Source of the DNA: an uncultured Pseudomonadales bacterium
GTDB taxonomy: Bacteria; Patescibacteriota; Microgenomatia; UBA1400; UBA12108
Assembly (NCBI GenBank): GCA_964610445.1
Contig: CAZSVV010000003.1
Location: 14,137 to 71,417 of the forward strand
Direction: 5' to 3'
Length of the DNA stretch: 57,281 nt
In this document: piece by piece, positions 29,037-38,390 of the stretch
Layout: every line of letters begins with the position of its first letter
How positions within the stretch are numbered: position 1 is the first letter of the stretch
Position numbers and translations under genes: made by a program
Notes under the pieces: generated by a model
The model's input: only the letters and a program-made list of their open reading frames with translations
Told to the model about the DNA's origin: nothing
Databases searched by the model: none

Positions 29037-30089
29037 ATGATTGCAGTTATCTATGGGACTAGACCAGAAATAATTAAGCTGAGTCCAATAATCAGGATGG
29101 GAGTAACGCAAAAACGTGAACTTGTTACCATACATACCGGACAGCATTTTTCACAGAACATGAATGATGTTTTTTTTGAAAACTTGGAGCTCCCGAGTCC
29201 AGATTATGAACTAAACGTAGGATCAAAGTCGCATGCCGAAATGGTTGCAGAGGCGCTAGTCGGGATCGAGCGAATACTACTCAAACATAAACCAAGTATT
29301 GTCTTAGTCCAAGGTGATACAAACTCAGCTCTAGCAGGTGCACTTGCTGCTGCAAAACTAGGTATCAAAGTCGGACATATAGAGGCGGGACTTAGGAGTT
29401 TTGATCGCCGTATGCCAGAAGAGCTAAACCGAGTCTTGATTGATCATATGTCTGATCTGCTTTTTGCGCCTACTCACACTTCCTATAATTATCTGCTAAC
29501 CGAAGGGATAAGTAAGGATAAGATAAAGATAGTCGGCAATACTATAGCCGACGCTCTCAAATATGGTCTTAAAAAATCAAGTAATATTACTCTCCCTCCG
29601 TATATATCTCCAAAACAATACTTTCTAGCCACCCTCCATCGCCAAGAGAATGTAGATGATCCAATAACGCTCAAACAAATGATATCTAACTTTCAGCGCA
29701 TCGTAAAAGATACTTCAACTACGCTCGTCTTGCCTCTCCACCCTAGAACCAAGCAGTTACTTAACAAACATGCGATAGATACCACTGGACTTAGTCTGAT
29801 CGAACCTCAGGATTATTTTAACTTCCTTGCTTTGCTCAACAATGCGAGAATGGTCTTTACTGACTCAGGCGGTATTCAAGAGGAGGCTTGTATCCTCGGG
29901 ATTCCATGCATCACACTACGAGATAATACCGAACGACCTGAGACAGTAGAGCTAGGATCTAATGTCTTGGTGGGGAGTGATCTAAATAGGATGGTAAGCG
30001 CAATAAGCTATTTTGAGATGCACCAGGGAGGCTGGAAACAGCCTTACGGCGAAGGCGATACAGCCGAGAGGATAATCTCATCCTTATGA
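29037..30089 (+). CDS. wecB: UDP-N-acetylglucosamine 2-epimerase (non-hydrolysing)
   Basis: Motifs 'VIYGTRPEIIKLSPI', 'VQGDTNSALAGALAA', 'HIEAGLRSFDRRMPEELNR', 'TDSGGIQEEA' and 'RDNTERPE' are present. Confidence 0.9.
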   Translation: MIAVIYGTRPEIIKLSPIIRMGVTQKRELVTIHTGQHFSQNMNDVFFENLELPSPDYELNVGSKSHAEMVAEALVGIERILLKHKPSIVLVQGDTNSALAGALAAAKLGIKVGHIEAGLRSFDRRMPEELNRVLIDHMSDLLFAPTHTSYNYLLTEGISKDKIKIVGNTIADALKYGLKKSSNITLPPYISPKQYFLATLHRQENVDDPITLKQMISNFQRIVKDTSTTLVLPLHPRTKQLLNKHAIDTTGLSLIEPQDYFNFLALLNNARMVFTDSGGIQEEACILGIPCITLRDNTERPETVELGSNVLVGSDLNRMVSAISYFEMHQGGWKQPYGEGDTAERIISSL

Positions 30090-32323
30090 AAATCCTCTAC
30101 ATGGTCGACTACTACCAGCCACAAATCGGATATAACGAGTATTATCTGCCGAGTGAATGGTCTAAGCTTGGTCACGAAGTCACTATCCTGACTTCTGACC
30201 ATTACTATCCATTTCCAAACTATGCTGATACAGCAGGCAAATTACTCGGATCACGACGTCAAAAGCCTGGAACTTTTAAGCAAGACAAGATCACAGTTAT
30301 TAAGCAGCCCATGCAGTTTGAAATTTTCACTAGAGCAGTATTTGGTGGTCATGAGTCAGTAATTAACAAAATAAGACCAGATATAGTCATAGTAAACAAA
30401 TCGTCGAGCTATAACTCATTCCAGGCAGCAAGACTTAAATCTAAATATCAGTATAAGTTAATCACCTATGATGCCCATTTGATGTCGGGTTATAACGCCG
30501 TCGGAAATATTGCGTTCAAAGACTTTGTTTATTGGCTCTATAGATTAATTGTTTCCCGATATATGAATAACCGCGTAGATAAATATATCGCAGTCCAAGA
30601 AGGAACAGTCGATGTCATGACTAACTTATACGGTCAGTCACCTGTATTACACATCCCACTTGGTACAGACCCAGATCGGTTTAGGTATGATGGCACGGCC
30701 CGGGAGATAATCCGAAAAAAATATCAGATCCCTATGTCAGCGAGCGTGGGTATCTATACTGGCAAAATAATTCCTACTAAGGGCGTCTCTATTTTCTATG
30801 AGGCATTTGGTAGACTAGCCAAAAAAAATCCTCAACTCCACCTCTTAATAGTTGGCTCAGGTGGGGATGATTACATCAAACAATGTGAAAGTCTAGTTGA
30901 CTCTGTATATCTCAATCGCATCCATCTCGTTGGATTTAAAGAAACAAAAGAATTGTATAAATTCTACTCCGCTTCAGATTTTGGGATCTGGCCCCTAGAG
31001 GAATCGACTTCGATGAATGATGCTGCAGCTTGCGAAATACCCTTTATCGCTAACGACGAAGTCGGGGTGAAGCAGAGGTTCAAAAACAACAATGCCCTCA
31101 AATATCTAAGGGGAGATAGCAGTGACCTCGCGAATAAAATGCAATTTCTCATTAACAACCCTAAGGAAGCTAAAAACATGGGGATAAGGGGTAGAGATTT
31201 AATACTAAGTGAACTAAGTTGGAGCATGATTGCAAATAAATATTTAGATGTAATAACAGAGGACATGGAAAGCAGCCTATCAAAAACCTTAAATTGGCTC
31301 GAAGAAGCGCACCGTGCGACTAGTGACGGAGGTGTATCTGCATACCATATGATAATCAGGGGATGGGCACCTTCGTTTATCGAAACGACTGGTTACATTA
31401 TTTCGACTTTTCTAGATGCCGCAAAATACAAAAGTAATAAAAAATATCTCCAATTAGCTCAAAAGATGGGGAACTTTATTATAAATAATCAGCTAAGTAT
31501 CGGAGGATATCGCACGTACACCAGGGATCAGGTAGAATTATCCGAACCTACAATCTTCAACACTGCTCAAGATATTATCGGACTAGTCGACCTATATCTC
31601 GCAACTAATGTAAAAAAGTATCTAGATTCGGCACAGTTAGCAGCAGATTTTTTAGTTGCTACTCAAAATCAGGATGGATCATGGACTAAATACACACATA
31701 ACAGCGAACCAAAAACATATCATTCACGAGTAGCTTATGCACTCCTAAAATTATATGAAGTAAATCGCAAATTAAAGTTTAAAAGAGCAGCGATTAAACA
31801 ATTAGATTGGGTAATCTCAAAACAAAAGAAAAATGGTTTTGTAACAAATGCTGAGTTACCAGTTGCTAAATACACATATACCATCACTCACACAATTGCA
31901 TATGTCGCCGAAGGATTGTTATATAGCTCTAAAATACTAAAATCAAAAAAATACGAATCCTCAGCATTGAGAATTATAAATAAAGTACATCAGTACTACC
32001 TATTAAATAATGAACTCCCTTCATATTTTGATCAAAACTGGAAACCTCAGGAGAAGTTTGGTTGTCTGACCGGCGAAGCGCAGTTTGCAATTCTGTTTAT
32101 AGAAACTTACAAAATTACTAATAATCAGTCATACCTATCCAGCGCGTATAAACTCATTACTAAAATAGGGAGAGACAAGTCACCTAACGGCGGTATCCCT
32201 GGATCCAGGCCAATCTATGGTGATTTGCTCCATAATCGAGGTTATTGTCGTCTTTCGTACATCAACTGGGCAGCAAAGTTTACCGCTGATGCGGAAATGT
32301 TATTCTTAAGCATATGGAAATAA
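30086..32323 (+). CDS. Fusion protein: N-terminal GT4 glycosyltransferase plus C-terminal alpha/alpha-toroid-like repeat domain
   Basis: Residues 1 to about 395 are GT4 ('MKILYMVDYYQPQIGYNEYY', 'GIYTGKIIPTKG', 'WPLEESTSMNDAAACEIPFIAND'). Residues about 400-745 carry four spaced repeats of the QxxDG(G/S)W kind: 'NNQLSIGGYRTY', 'ATQNQDGSWTKY', 'KQKKNGFVTN' and 'SPNGGIPGSRP'. Confidence 0.7.
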   Translation: MKILYMVDYYQPQIGYNEYYLPSEWSKLGHEVTILTSDHYYPFPNYADTAGKLLGSRRQKPGTFKQDKITVIKQPMQFEIFTRAVFGGHESVINKIRPDIVIVNKSSSYNSFQAARLKSKYQYKLITYDAHLMSGYNAVGNIAFKDFVYWLYRLIVSRYMNNRVDKYIAVQEGTVDVMTNLYGQSPVLHIPLGTDPDRFRYDGTAREIIRKKYQIPMSASVGIYTGKIIPTKGVSIFYEAFGRLAKKNPQLHLLIVGSGGDDYIKQCESLVDSVYLNRIHLVGFKETKELYKFYSASDFGIWPLEESTSMNDAAACEIPFIANDEVGVKQRFKNNNALKYLRGDSSDLANKMQFLINNPKEAKNMGIRGRDLILSELSWSMIANKYLDVITEDMESSLSKTLNWLEEAHRATSDGGVSAYHMIIRGWAPSFIETTGYIISTFLDAAKYKSNKKYLQLAQKMGNFIINNQLSIGGYRTYTRDQVELSEPTIFNTAQDIIGLVDLYLATNVKKYLDSAQLAADFLVATQNQDGSWTKYTHNSEPKTYHSRVAYALLKLYEVNRKLKFKRAAIKQLDWVISKQKKNGFVTNAELPVAKYTYTITHTIAYVAEGLLYSSKILKSKKYESSALRIINKVHQYYLLNNELPSYFDQNWKPQEKFGCLTGEAQFAILFIETYKITNNQSYLSSAYKLITKIGRDKSPNGGIPGSRPIYGDLLHNRGYCRLSYINWAAKFTADAEMLFLSIWK

Positions 32324-33186
32324 TAATCAAAGCGTTGATACGCATTTACTCACATCCTAATAATAAAGACAGAATAATTAATACAACACTACGTCTCGCC
32401 TGGTGGATGGTAAATAGACATTTTCTTAAGTTGAATGTTATTGTCGAAATGCTGCCTGGTGCAAAACTAATATGTGACCCCAAGAGTTCCTATGGAAGTC
32501 TAGTTTTCTACAACTCTTTGCCAGAGTACGCCGAACAAATGTTTATGTATCGATTTGTCCAGGCAAATGACATAATGGTCGACATCGGTGCACATATCGG
32601 TAGCGAAACTGTATTGCTAGGCTCAAAGTTAGCTAGTGGTCGTGTATATAGCTTTGAACCAACTCCTGCGATCTTACCTCATTTAAAAGCAAATATTAGC
32701 ATTAACAATTTGATAGACAAAGTTACAGTTGAGAGTATGGCTATCTCAGACCATAACGGGTATACCAAATTTTACCTATCTACTGAATCAGAGGTGAATA
32801 GTCTTCACAAACATAAAGGATCAAAAGAGATTAGTATCCAAACTATTACGCTCGACAAATATGCTTCAGTTCATGATATCCAGCATGTTAATTTGCTCAA
32901 GATAGACGTCGAAGGTCACGAATATGCTGTAATCAGAGGTTCAAAGTCGCTCCTAACTAAACACAAAATTGATGTGATCGTATTCGAAGTAAACGACCAA
33001 TCAGGTAGCTGTTACCAAGATAATCTTAAGACTAGAGAACTACTAAGTAGCTATGGTTACAAATTGTACCTAGTCAGTCAAGATGGAAAATTAACTAAAT
33101 ACGTACATTGCCACCAGGTACATAACTGTATAGCTATTTCCCCTAAAATAAAATCATCAAGGATGAAAAATATCAGGTATGAATAA
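32314..33186 (+). CDS. FkbM-family methyltransferase
   Basis: Motifs 'MVDIGAHIGSETV', 'YSFEPTP' and 'VNLLKIDVEGHEYAVIRG' are present. Confidence 0.8.
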   Translation: MEIIIKALIRIYSHPNNKDRIINTTLRLAWWMVNRHFLKLNVIVEMLPGAKLICDPKSSYGSLVFYNSLPEYAEQMFMYRFVQANDIMVDIGAHIGSETVLLGSKLASGRVYSFEPTPAILPHLKANISINNLIDKVTVESMAISDHNGYTKFYLSTESEVNSLHKHKGSKEISIQTITLDKYASVHDIQHVNLLKIDVEGHEYAVIRGSKSLLTKHKIDVIVFEVNDQSGSCYQDNLKTRELLSSYGYKLYLVSQDGKLTKYVHCHQVHNCIAISPKIKSSRMKNIRYE

Positions 33187-33901
33187 TGCGTTACTCATGC
33201 ATCCTACTTATCTTTTTTGGAGAGGGATCATAAACGATCTTTTGAAAAATGATCAGATTAGCATCCTAGACTATGGGTGTGGTAACGGCATACTGCTTGA
33301 TCTGCTCGACACCAAAAGAGTTAAAAAATATCAGGGATACGACACTAGCGCTGATGCAGTTTCCGTAGGCAAAGCAAAGTACAATAACAATTCTAAGATC
33401 AAGTTAGTCTCGATCAAGCCTAGCACTCATCCTATTTTTGGGGGCGCTAATACTTACGATTTAGTTATTCTTATTGGGGTGTTTCAATATTTAGAAAAGG
33501 GTGATATAGAGCATATCATAAGCGAGGCAAAACGCACACTTAAAAAAGACGGGTATCTCATGTTTAGCACTGTTCTGGACGATAGTTTTTATAAGTATAT
33601 CAACCTTTATCGCTTTGTTTTTCCCAACCACTATATTAATCGGCTCAAAATGGAGAACAGCCTAAAAAAAGCAGGCTTTAAATTAAGAGTCAGCAAAGCA
33701 AGAGGGCTAATCTTAGGTCCTCTAGTGTCACACGGATTGGTTATACCTTTTGATGCGATCGACCACTATATCTTTGGGGTGAGGGGCAAAATCGGCACGC
33801 TTGGCAAGCTAGTCAGATTAATAGCATTTCCTTTTATGTACCTAGAATTGCTCTTGCCCCTAGACCTTGGATATACATGGTATGTCGTAGCAGAAAAATG
33901 A
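33179..33901 (+). CDS. Class I SAM-dependent methyltransferase
   Basis: Motif I 'ILDYGCGNGILLDLL' is followed by 'QGYDTSADAV' and 'DLVILIGVFQYL'. Confidence 0.75.
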   Translation: MNNALLMHPTYLFWRGIINDLLKNDQISILDYGCGNGILLDLLDTKRVKKYQGYDTSADAVSVGKAKYNNNSKIKLVSIKPSTHPIFGGANTYDLVILIGVFQYLEKGDIEHIISEAKRTLKKDGYLMFSTVLDDSFYKYINLYRFVFPNHYINRLKMENSLKKAGFKLRVSKARGLILGPLVSHGLVIPFDAIDHYIFGVRGKIGTLGKLVRLIAFPFMYLELLLPLDLGYTWYVVAEK

Positions 33902-35457
33902 AAAAATTAACACTTTTTCTTATCGCATCACTATTTATCTTGTTATTGTGGCAAGCACTACATCTACCATTTGAAATTCCGGATGAGCAATCGCATTTTG
34001 CTACAGTCAACTTTTTAGTTGACCAAGGGCGTATCCAGGGAGAGAGCGAGTTTGATCTAACTCGCGAGCAAGAGCAGATAGAATACATCTTTGGTGTCAT
34101 GACTGACGGAACTAACAAATATGCCCACAATCCCAAACATCGTATTGATTACTCCGAAGATCTAAGAGTGCAAAATGAAGAACTTATCAGGTCACTAAAC
34201 TCTTCCCGCAATCGCTCGACCTACACGCTACACCAAGGTGCTGTTTATCCACCTCTATATTACTACGTAACAGGGCAATTCTATCGCATAAATTACGCAT
34301 CAGATCTCATCACGAGACTCTACACATCTCGAATTTTCTCGACGCTATTGGTAGTTGCAACAATCTACGTCTACTACCTGATAGGTAGGCTAGTTTGGTT
34401 ATCACCACAGATGGGCTACTATTTTGCGACTCTAGCACTCTTCTATCCTATGACTGCTTATATGGGAGCAGGAGTCAACCCTGATAATCTACACAACATA
34501 CTCTTCTCGCTCTTTGTTTACGTATGTATTCGAGTAATCAAAGACGGTCTCTCGTATTCTCACACACTCTACTTTGCCGTCTTACTGGTTCTCGATCTGC
34601 TCACAAAACCACAAGCATACATCATGATCCCAATCGCAGTAGTAGCGATCTTCCTATCCAGCTACAAGTTGAGCCTAAGGGTAGCGATCAAGAACTTAGT
34701 CTTATATTTTTCAGTCGTTTTACTCGGTGCAGGTTGGCACGAATTACCAAAATTTTATAGTGGTAACCCTTATCTCACAGATTCGACAGCTATTTCAAGC
34801 TCTGGTCTTTCGCTAATGGTCTATCTCAAAATGATACTAAAAAAGTTCACCAGCGAGTTAGTGGTGTGGTACTGGGGTGTTTTCAAATGGACCACTATCA
34901 TTGTGCCAAGACTTTGGTGGTGGAGTGGGATAAGAATGATACTACTTTCTGTACTCGGTTTAGGATACTCATTGTATAGAGTACTCAGATCAAAAAACTT
35001 TGAATTTCGTCACAAATTAATAATCTTTGCATCAGCTGCTAACATAATATATGTCTCAGCGCTAGTCTATTACGATTGGAATTACTATCACTTATCTGGA
35101 AGATCGCTAGGTTTTCAAGCTAGATATTTTATGCCACTCTTATCAACTCAGCTATTCCTAATCGTCGAAGGTCTCAGGTCATTCACAGCAAAAATACATC
35201 TCAATAAAATAATTCTAGCGATGATATTTACATATTTTCTAACACTTCAATTAGTATCTGTTTATACTGTTGCCGGTAGCTACTACGACACCAGTAATAT
35301 CGCATCATTTATTACTCAGGCTAGTCAGTACAAGCCGGTATATTTCCAGTATGACTTATGGTATGTCTGGGTAGGCTTATACTTAGCAAGTATAATCTAT
35401 GTATCTACGTTCATCTTTGCGCACATCACAAGAATAAGGAATAGTTCTAAACTATAA
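33898..35457 (+). CDS. DUF2142-like polytopic membrane protein (putative GT-C-type)
   Basis: The ATG at 33898 forms an ATGA overlap with the upstream stop; the listed start at 33877 is an alternative. 'LPFEIPDEQSHF' follows TM1, and there are many helices. Confidence 0.5.
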   Translation: MKKLTLFLIASLFILLLWQALHLPFEIPDEQSHFATVNFLVDQGRIQGESEFDLTREQEQIEYIFGVMTDGTNKYAHNPKHRIDYSEDLRVQNEELIRSLNSSRNRSTYTLHQGAVYPPLYYYVTGQFYRINYASDLITRLYTSRIFSTLLVVATIYVYYLIGRLVWLSPQMGYYFATLALFYPMTAYMGAGVNPDNLHNILFSLFVYVCIRVIKDGLSYSHTLYFAVLLVLDLLTKPQAYIMIPIAVVAIFLSSYKLSLRVAIKNLVLYFSVVLLGAGWHELPKFYSGNPYLTDSTAISSSGLSLMVYLKMILKKFTSELVVWYWGVFKWTTIIVPRLWWWSGIRMILLSVLGLGYSLYRVLRSKNFEFRHKLIIFASAANIIYVSALVYYDWNYYHLSGRSLGFQARYFMPLLSTQLFLIVEGLRSFTAKIHLNKIILAMIFTYFLTLQLVSVYTVAGSYYDTSNIASFITQASQYKPVYFQYDLWYVWVGLYLASIIYVSTFIFAHITRIRNSSKL

Positions 35458-35463
35458 GTAGAT

Positions 35464-36597
35464 ATGCGATATATATTCCTGGCCATAATCTTATTATTTA
35501 GTTCTGTACACCATGCGATGGCTGCCGATTACAGGTACTCTCAGTATTGTTTGATTGAGTTTCGTAAACAGTTTTCCCTAGATACCCATTACCCAGAGTA
35601 CAGTAACAACTGTAGTGAAGGTACCGAATTTCGAGGTAACATCGATGATCCAGAGCTATATGTATTAGCAGGCAATCATTATGTGAGAGGTGAGTCTCCA
35701 ACAGCTATCAACTGGGAGTTGCAGCCGCTGACTAAATACTTTTTTGGTTTATTCGGCAATATTCCTCGGCTTGTACAGTACTTTTATGCTTTAGGAATAT
35801 TTTACTTACTGTTTATGCTCTCAAAAAAGACGTTGTTAAGTAGTAATTTTTCCATCCATATCATACCTGGAATACTTTTTATAACTGACAACTTGACCCT
35901 AGAACAACTAACAAATACTTATCTAGATCTAGGTCAAACCTTCTTTATCTTGCTCTTTGTCTATTACTTGTGGCGCTATATCTCCTCAAACTATCGTGTA
36001 TATTCTGTCTCAATTGCACTAGGACTAGTTGCACTCAGCAAATCATTCTCAATAGGCATCCTATTAGGCTTATCGGCATTTATTGCCATCTATTTAATCG
36101 ACAAAAAAAAGTTAGGAAAATACCTCTGGAGCTTGTATATTTCAATTCTAGTCTACCTTCTGGGGTATACAGCTTTCTTTGTATACCATAAGCCGCTAGA
36201 GTTTTTAACTCTCCACATAGACATTTTGAGATACTACAAATCATATGTCCCTGAGTATCCTAAAGGTGAGATTTTTAGGATTATCTTTACTGGTCAGTGG
36301 CGGACTTGGTGGGATAACCACGACTTAATTAGGGTCTACAGCTGGAGTATCCTTTGGCCGATTTCCTTGCTTTCAAGCCTAACATTAATCAAGCTAAGAA
36401 TGCGCCAGAACCCGCTTATATTAATAAGTACATTATGGATTGTGATTTACCTACTCTTTGTCTCTCTGAGACTCGTTTTTCCTCGGTATCTATTGCCAAT
36501 CTTACCATTTGCTTATCTCAACTTAACTTACCTCCTCTTTCACATTGTCCCAGAAAGGTTCAGATCTACAAAGTCTCTTCGTCTCCAAAATCAATAG
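35464..36597 (+). CDS. Short PMT-like membrane glycosyltransferase (GT-C)
   Basis: 'YVLAGNHYVRGESPTAINWELQPLTKYFFGLFG' resembles the PMT-family loop in which 'EHPPL.K' precedes a TM helix. 377 aa and polytopic. Confidence 0.5.
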   Translation: MRYIFLAIILLFSSVHHAMAADYRYSQYCLIEFRKQFSLDTHYPEYSNNCSEGTEFRGNIDDPELYVLAGNHYVRGESPTAINWELQPLTKYFFGLFGNIPRLVQYFYALGIFYLLFMLSKKTLLSSNFSIHIIPGILFITDNLTLEQLTNTYLDLGQTFFILLFVYYLWRYISSNYRVYSVSIALGLVALSKSFSIGILLGLSAFIAIYLIDKKKLGKYLWSLYISILVYLLGYTAFFVYHKPLEFLTLHIDILRYYKSYVPEYPKGEIFRIIFTGQWRTWWDNHDLIRVYSWSILWPISLLSSLTLIKLRMRQNPLILISTLWIVIYLLFVSLRLVFPRYLLPILPFAYLNLTYLLFHIVPERFRSTKSLRLQNQ

Positions 36598-36629
36598 GTT
36601 AAATTAACAAGGCGTAGTAAAATAACCAC

Positions 36630-37601
36630 ATGGGAAAAATCTTAGTCACTGGTGGGTGTGGGTATATAGGTAGCCATATCGTACTAGCGCTCTCAAATGC
36701 TGGTGAGTCAGTAATAGTTTTTGATAACCTGACACAAGGGCACAAATCATCACTGCTCAATAACGAAGTCTTAGTAGAGGGTGATATCCTAGATAAAAAT
36801 GCTTTGACGCAAGTCATGAAGGAGAATAAAGTAGAAGTCGTGATACATCTTGCAGCGCTCGTCAATGCCGCAGAGAGTGTCTCTAAATCAGGCCTCTATA
36901 ACCGAGTCAACTCTACAGGCTCCAAGAATGTCTGGGAGTGCGCAATAGAAGCCGGGGTCAAACATATAATCTACGCAAGTTCGGCGGCAGTATATGGTAC
37001 CCCAGCAAACAGTGATCCAATCAACGAATCTTCTGCAACTATACCTACCAACCCATATGGTGAAAGCAAGCTTGCTGGGGAAAAATCCCTGATCGCGCTA
37101 TCAACAGATAAGTACAACTACTTATCCTTTAGATTTTTTAACGTCGGAGGGGCAGAGAGTGAGGGTAGGTTAGGACAAAGCCTAGAGAGTAGAGCAATTA
37201 TGCAGCGCTTATATGCACATGCGCTAAAACTAGACCAGAGTGTGACAATCAGCGGGAACGACTACGATACCCCAGACGGTACTGTAGTTCGCGATTTTGT
37301 ACATGTCCAAGATATAGCAAACGCTATTATTCTAGGTATCAAATACTTAAGAGCAAATCAACATTCAGCCATTATTAATCTTGGTGGAGGCGTTGCTCAC
37401 TCTATCAAAGAAGTAATTACTGTAGTTGAAAATATTATTGGCGAGCCATTAAACATAATATATGGCCCGAGGAATGCTGGCGACATTAGCTACTCGCTCT
37501 CAGATATTACTAACGCAAATAATATTTTAGGCTGGATACCTACAAAAAGCCTAAACGATATAGTCAGGGATGGCTTTAACAGCTTCAAAAAAAGACACTA
37601 A
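36630..37601 (+). CDS. galE: UDP-glucose 4-epimerase
   Basis: 'MGKILVTGGCGYIGSH', 'FDNLTQGH', 'HLAAL', 'SSAAVYG' and the YxxxK motif 'YGESK' are present, along with 'GTVVRDFVHVQD'. Confidence 0.85.
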   Translation: MGKILVTGGCGYIGSHIVLALSNAGESVIVFDNLTQGHKSSLLNNEVLVEGDILDKNALTQVMKENKVEVVIHLAALVNAAESVSKSGLYNRVNSTGSKNVWECAIEAGVKHIIYASSAAVYGTPANSDPINESSATIPTNPYGESKLAGEKSLIALSTDKYNYLSFRFFNVGGAESEGRLGQSLESRAIMQRLYAHALKLDQSVTISGNDYDTPDGTVVRDFVHVQDIANAIILGIKYLRANQHSAIINLGGGVAHSIKEVITVVENIIGEPLNIIYGPRNAGDISYSLSDITNANNILGWIPTKSLNDIVRDGFNSFKKRH

Positions 37602-37612
37602 TAGCAGGATTT

Positions 37613-38335
37613 ATGGCGATTTCGTTTTTCTCTTTAAATATCGAAGCCGACCGACATCTGGATAACGTTAGAGATTATCTAAAGACTAATACGCCCGACG
37701 TCGTCTTTTTGCAAGAAGTCTACAAAATTCATGCAGAGGAGCTAGCCGCACAGTTTGACTACCATTTAACCTTTGCCCCACACGTCGACTTTAATATCTA
37801 CGAACATATCTTTAAGCCACTGGGTGAGTGGGGGATCGCGACGCTTACAAAAATTAAACCTGCCACAGTCCAAATCGATTATTACTCAGAGCATCCAGTT
37901 GTGATCCCACATGAGTTTATGAAAACCTTAAAGCATCCTAGGGCACTCATAGTCTCCGAGATAGAGTCGGACCGAGTGCATTACTTTTTTGCTAACACTC
38001 ACTTTACCTGGGCTCTCACAACCGATGCAGATGTAGCTCAGTATCCTGATTATTTAAGACTCCAAAAATTGCTAGACAAGGTGTCTAGCTTTGTCCTCGC
38101 AGGAGATCTAAATACTAATCGTGGATCTAGGGTCTATCAAGAACTCGCTAGTCGCTATATTGATCATCTCCCAAAGAGTGTAGAGTCCACGCTCGACCCC
38201 ATCTTGTTCCGCAAACCAGAGCTCAAACTAGTGGTAGATCACCTCTTCTCGACCTCGGACTATAAAATCGAGAATGTCCAGGTCCTAACCGGACTCTCCG
38301 ATCATTGTGGGATTGCTTGTACCATTTCGAAATAA
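37613..38335 (+). CDS. Endonuclease/exonuclease/phosphatase (EEP) family protein
   Basis: 'FFSLNIEADRH', 'PDVVFLQEV', 'NTHFTW' and 'LAGDLNT' are present, plus the C-terminal 'LSDHCGI'. There is no signal peptide. Confidence 0.75.
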   Translation: MAISFFSLNIEADRHLDNVRDYLKTNTPDVVFLQEVYKIHAEELAAQFDYHLTFAPHVDFNIYEHIFKPLGEWGIATLTKIKPATVQIDYYSEHPVVIPHEFMKTLKHPRALIVSEIESDRVHYFFANTHFTWALTTDADVAQYPDYLRLQKLLDKVSSFVLAGDLNTNRGSRVYQELASRYIDHLPKSVESTLDPILFRKPELKLVVDHLFSTSDYKIENVQVLTGLSDHCGIACTISK

Positions 38336-38390
38336 TTTGCTAAAAAACCCCGGTACTTGCAGTCTTTTATCAATTTGCTATTCTCTATTT

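Noticed and set aside
30964-31266. A 100-aa minus-strand ORF. Similar 60-103-aa antisense ORFs occur at 33834..34136, 36599..36865, 41528..41839, 8881..9162, 44214..44486 and 4902..5180.
   Set aside because: All are embedded antisense in strongly supported plus-strand genes. They are short and compositionally biased, and they lack intergenic start context. I treat them as chance ORFs.
36103-36110. A8 and T8 homopolymers in coding regions (36103-36110, 41684-41691, 29170-29177), considered as possible phase-variation tracts.
   Set aside because: Runs of 8 A or T are expected by chance in AT-leaning Lys/Phe-rich coding sequence. They are too short to argue for slipped-strand regulation without read-level evidence.
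37613-38335. Interpreting the EEP-family protein as a nuclease component of a defence system together with the TA pair.
   Set aside because: EEP folds cover phosphatases, sphingomyelinases and nucleases alike. There are no partner domains or known system architecture, so I keep it only as a low-interest context note.
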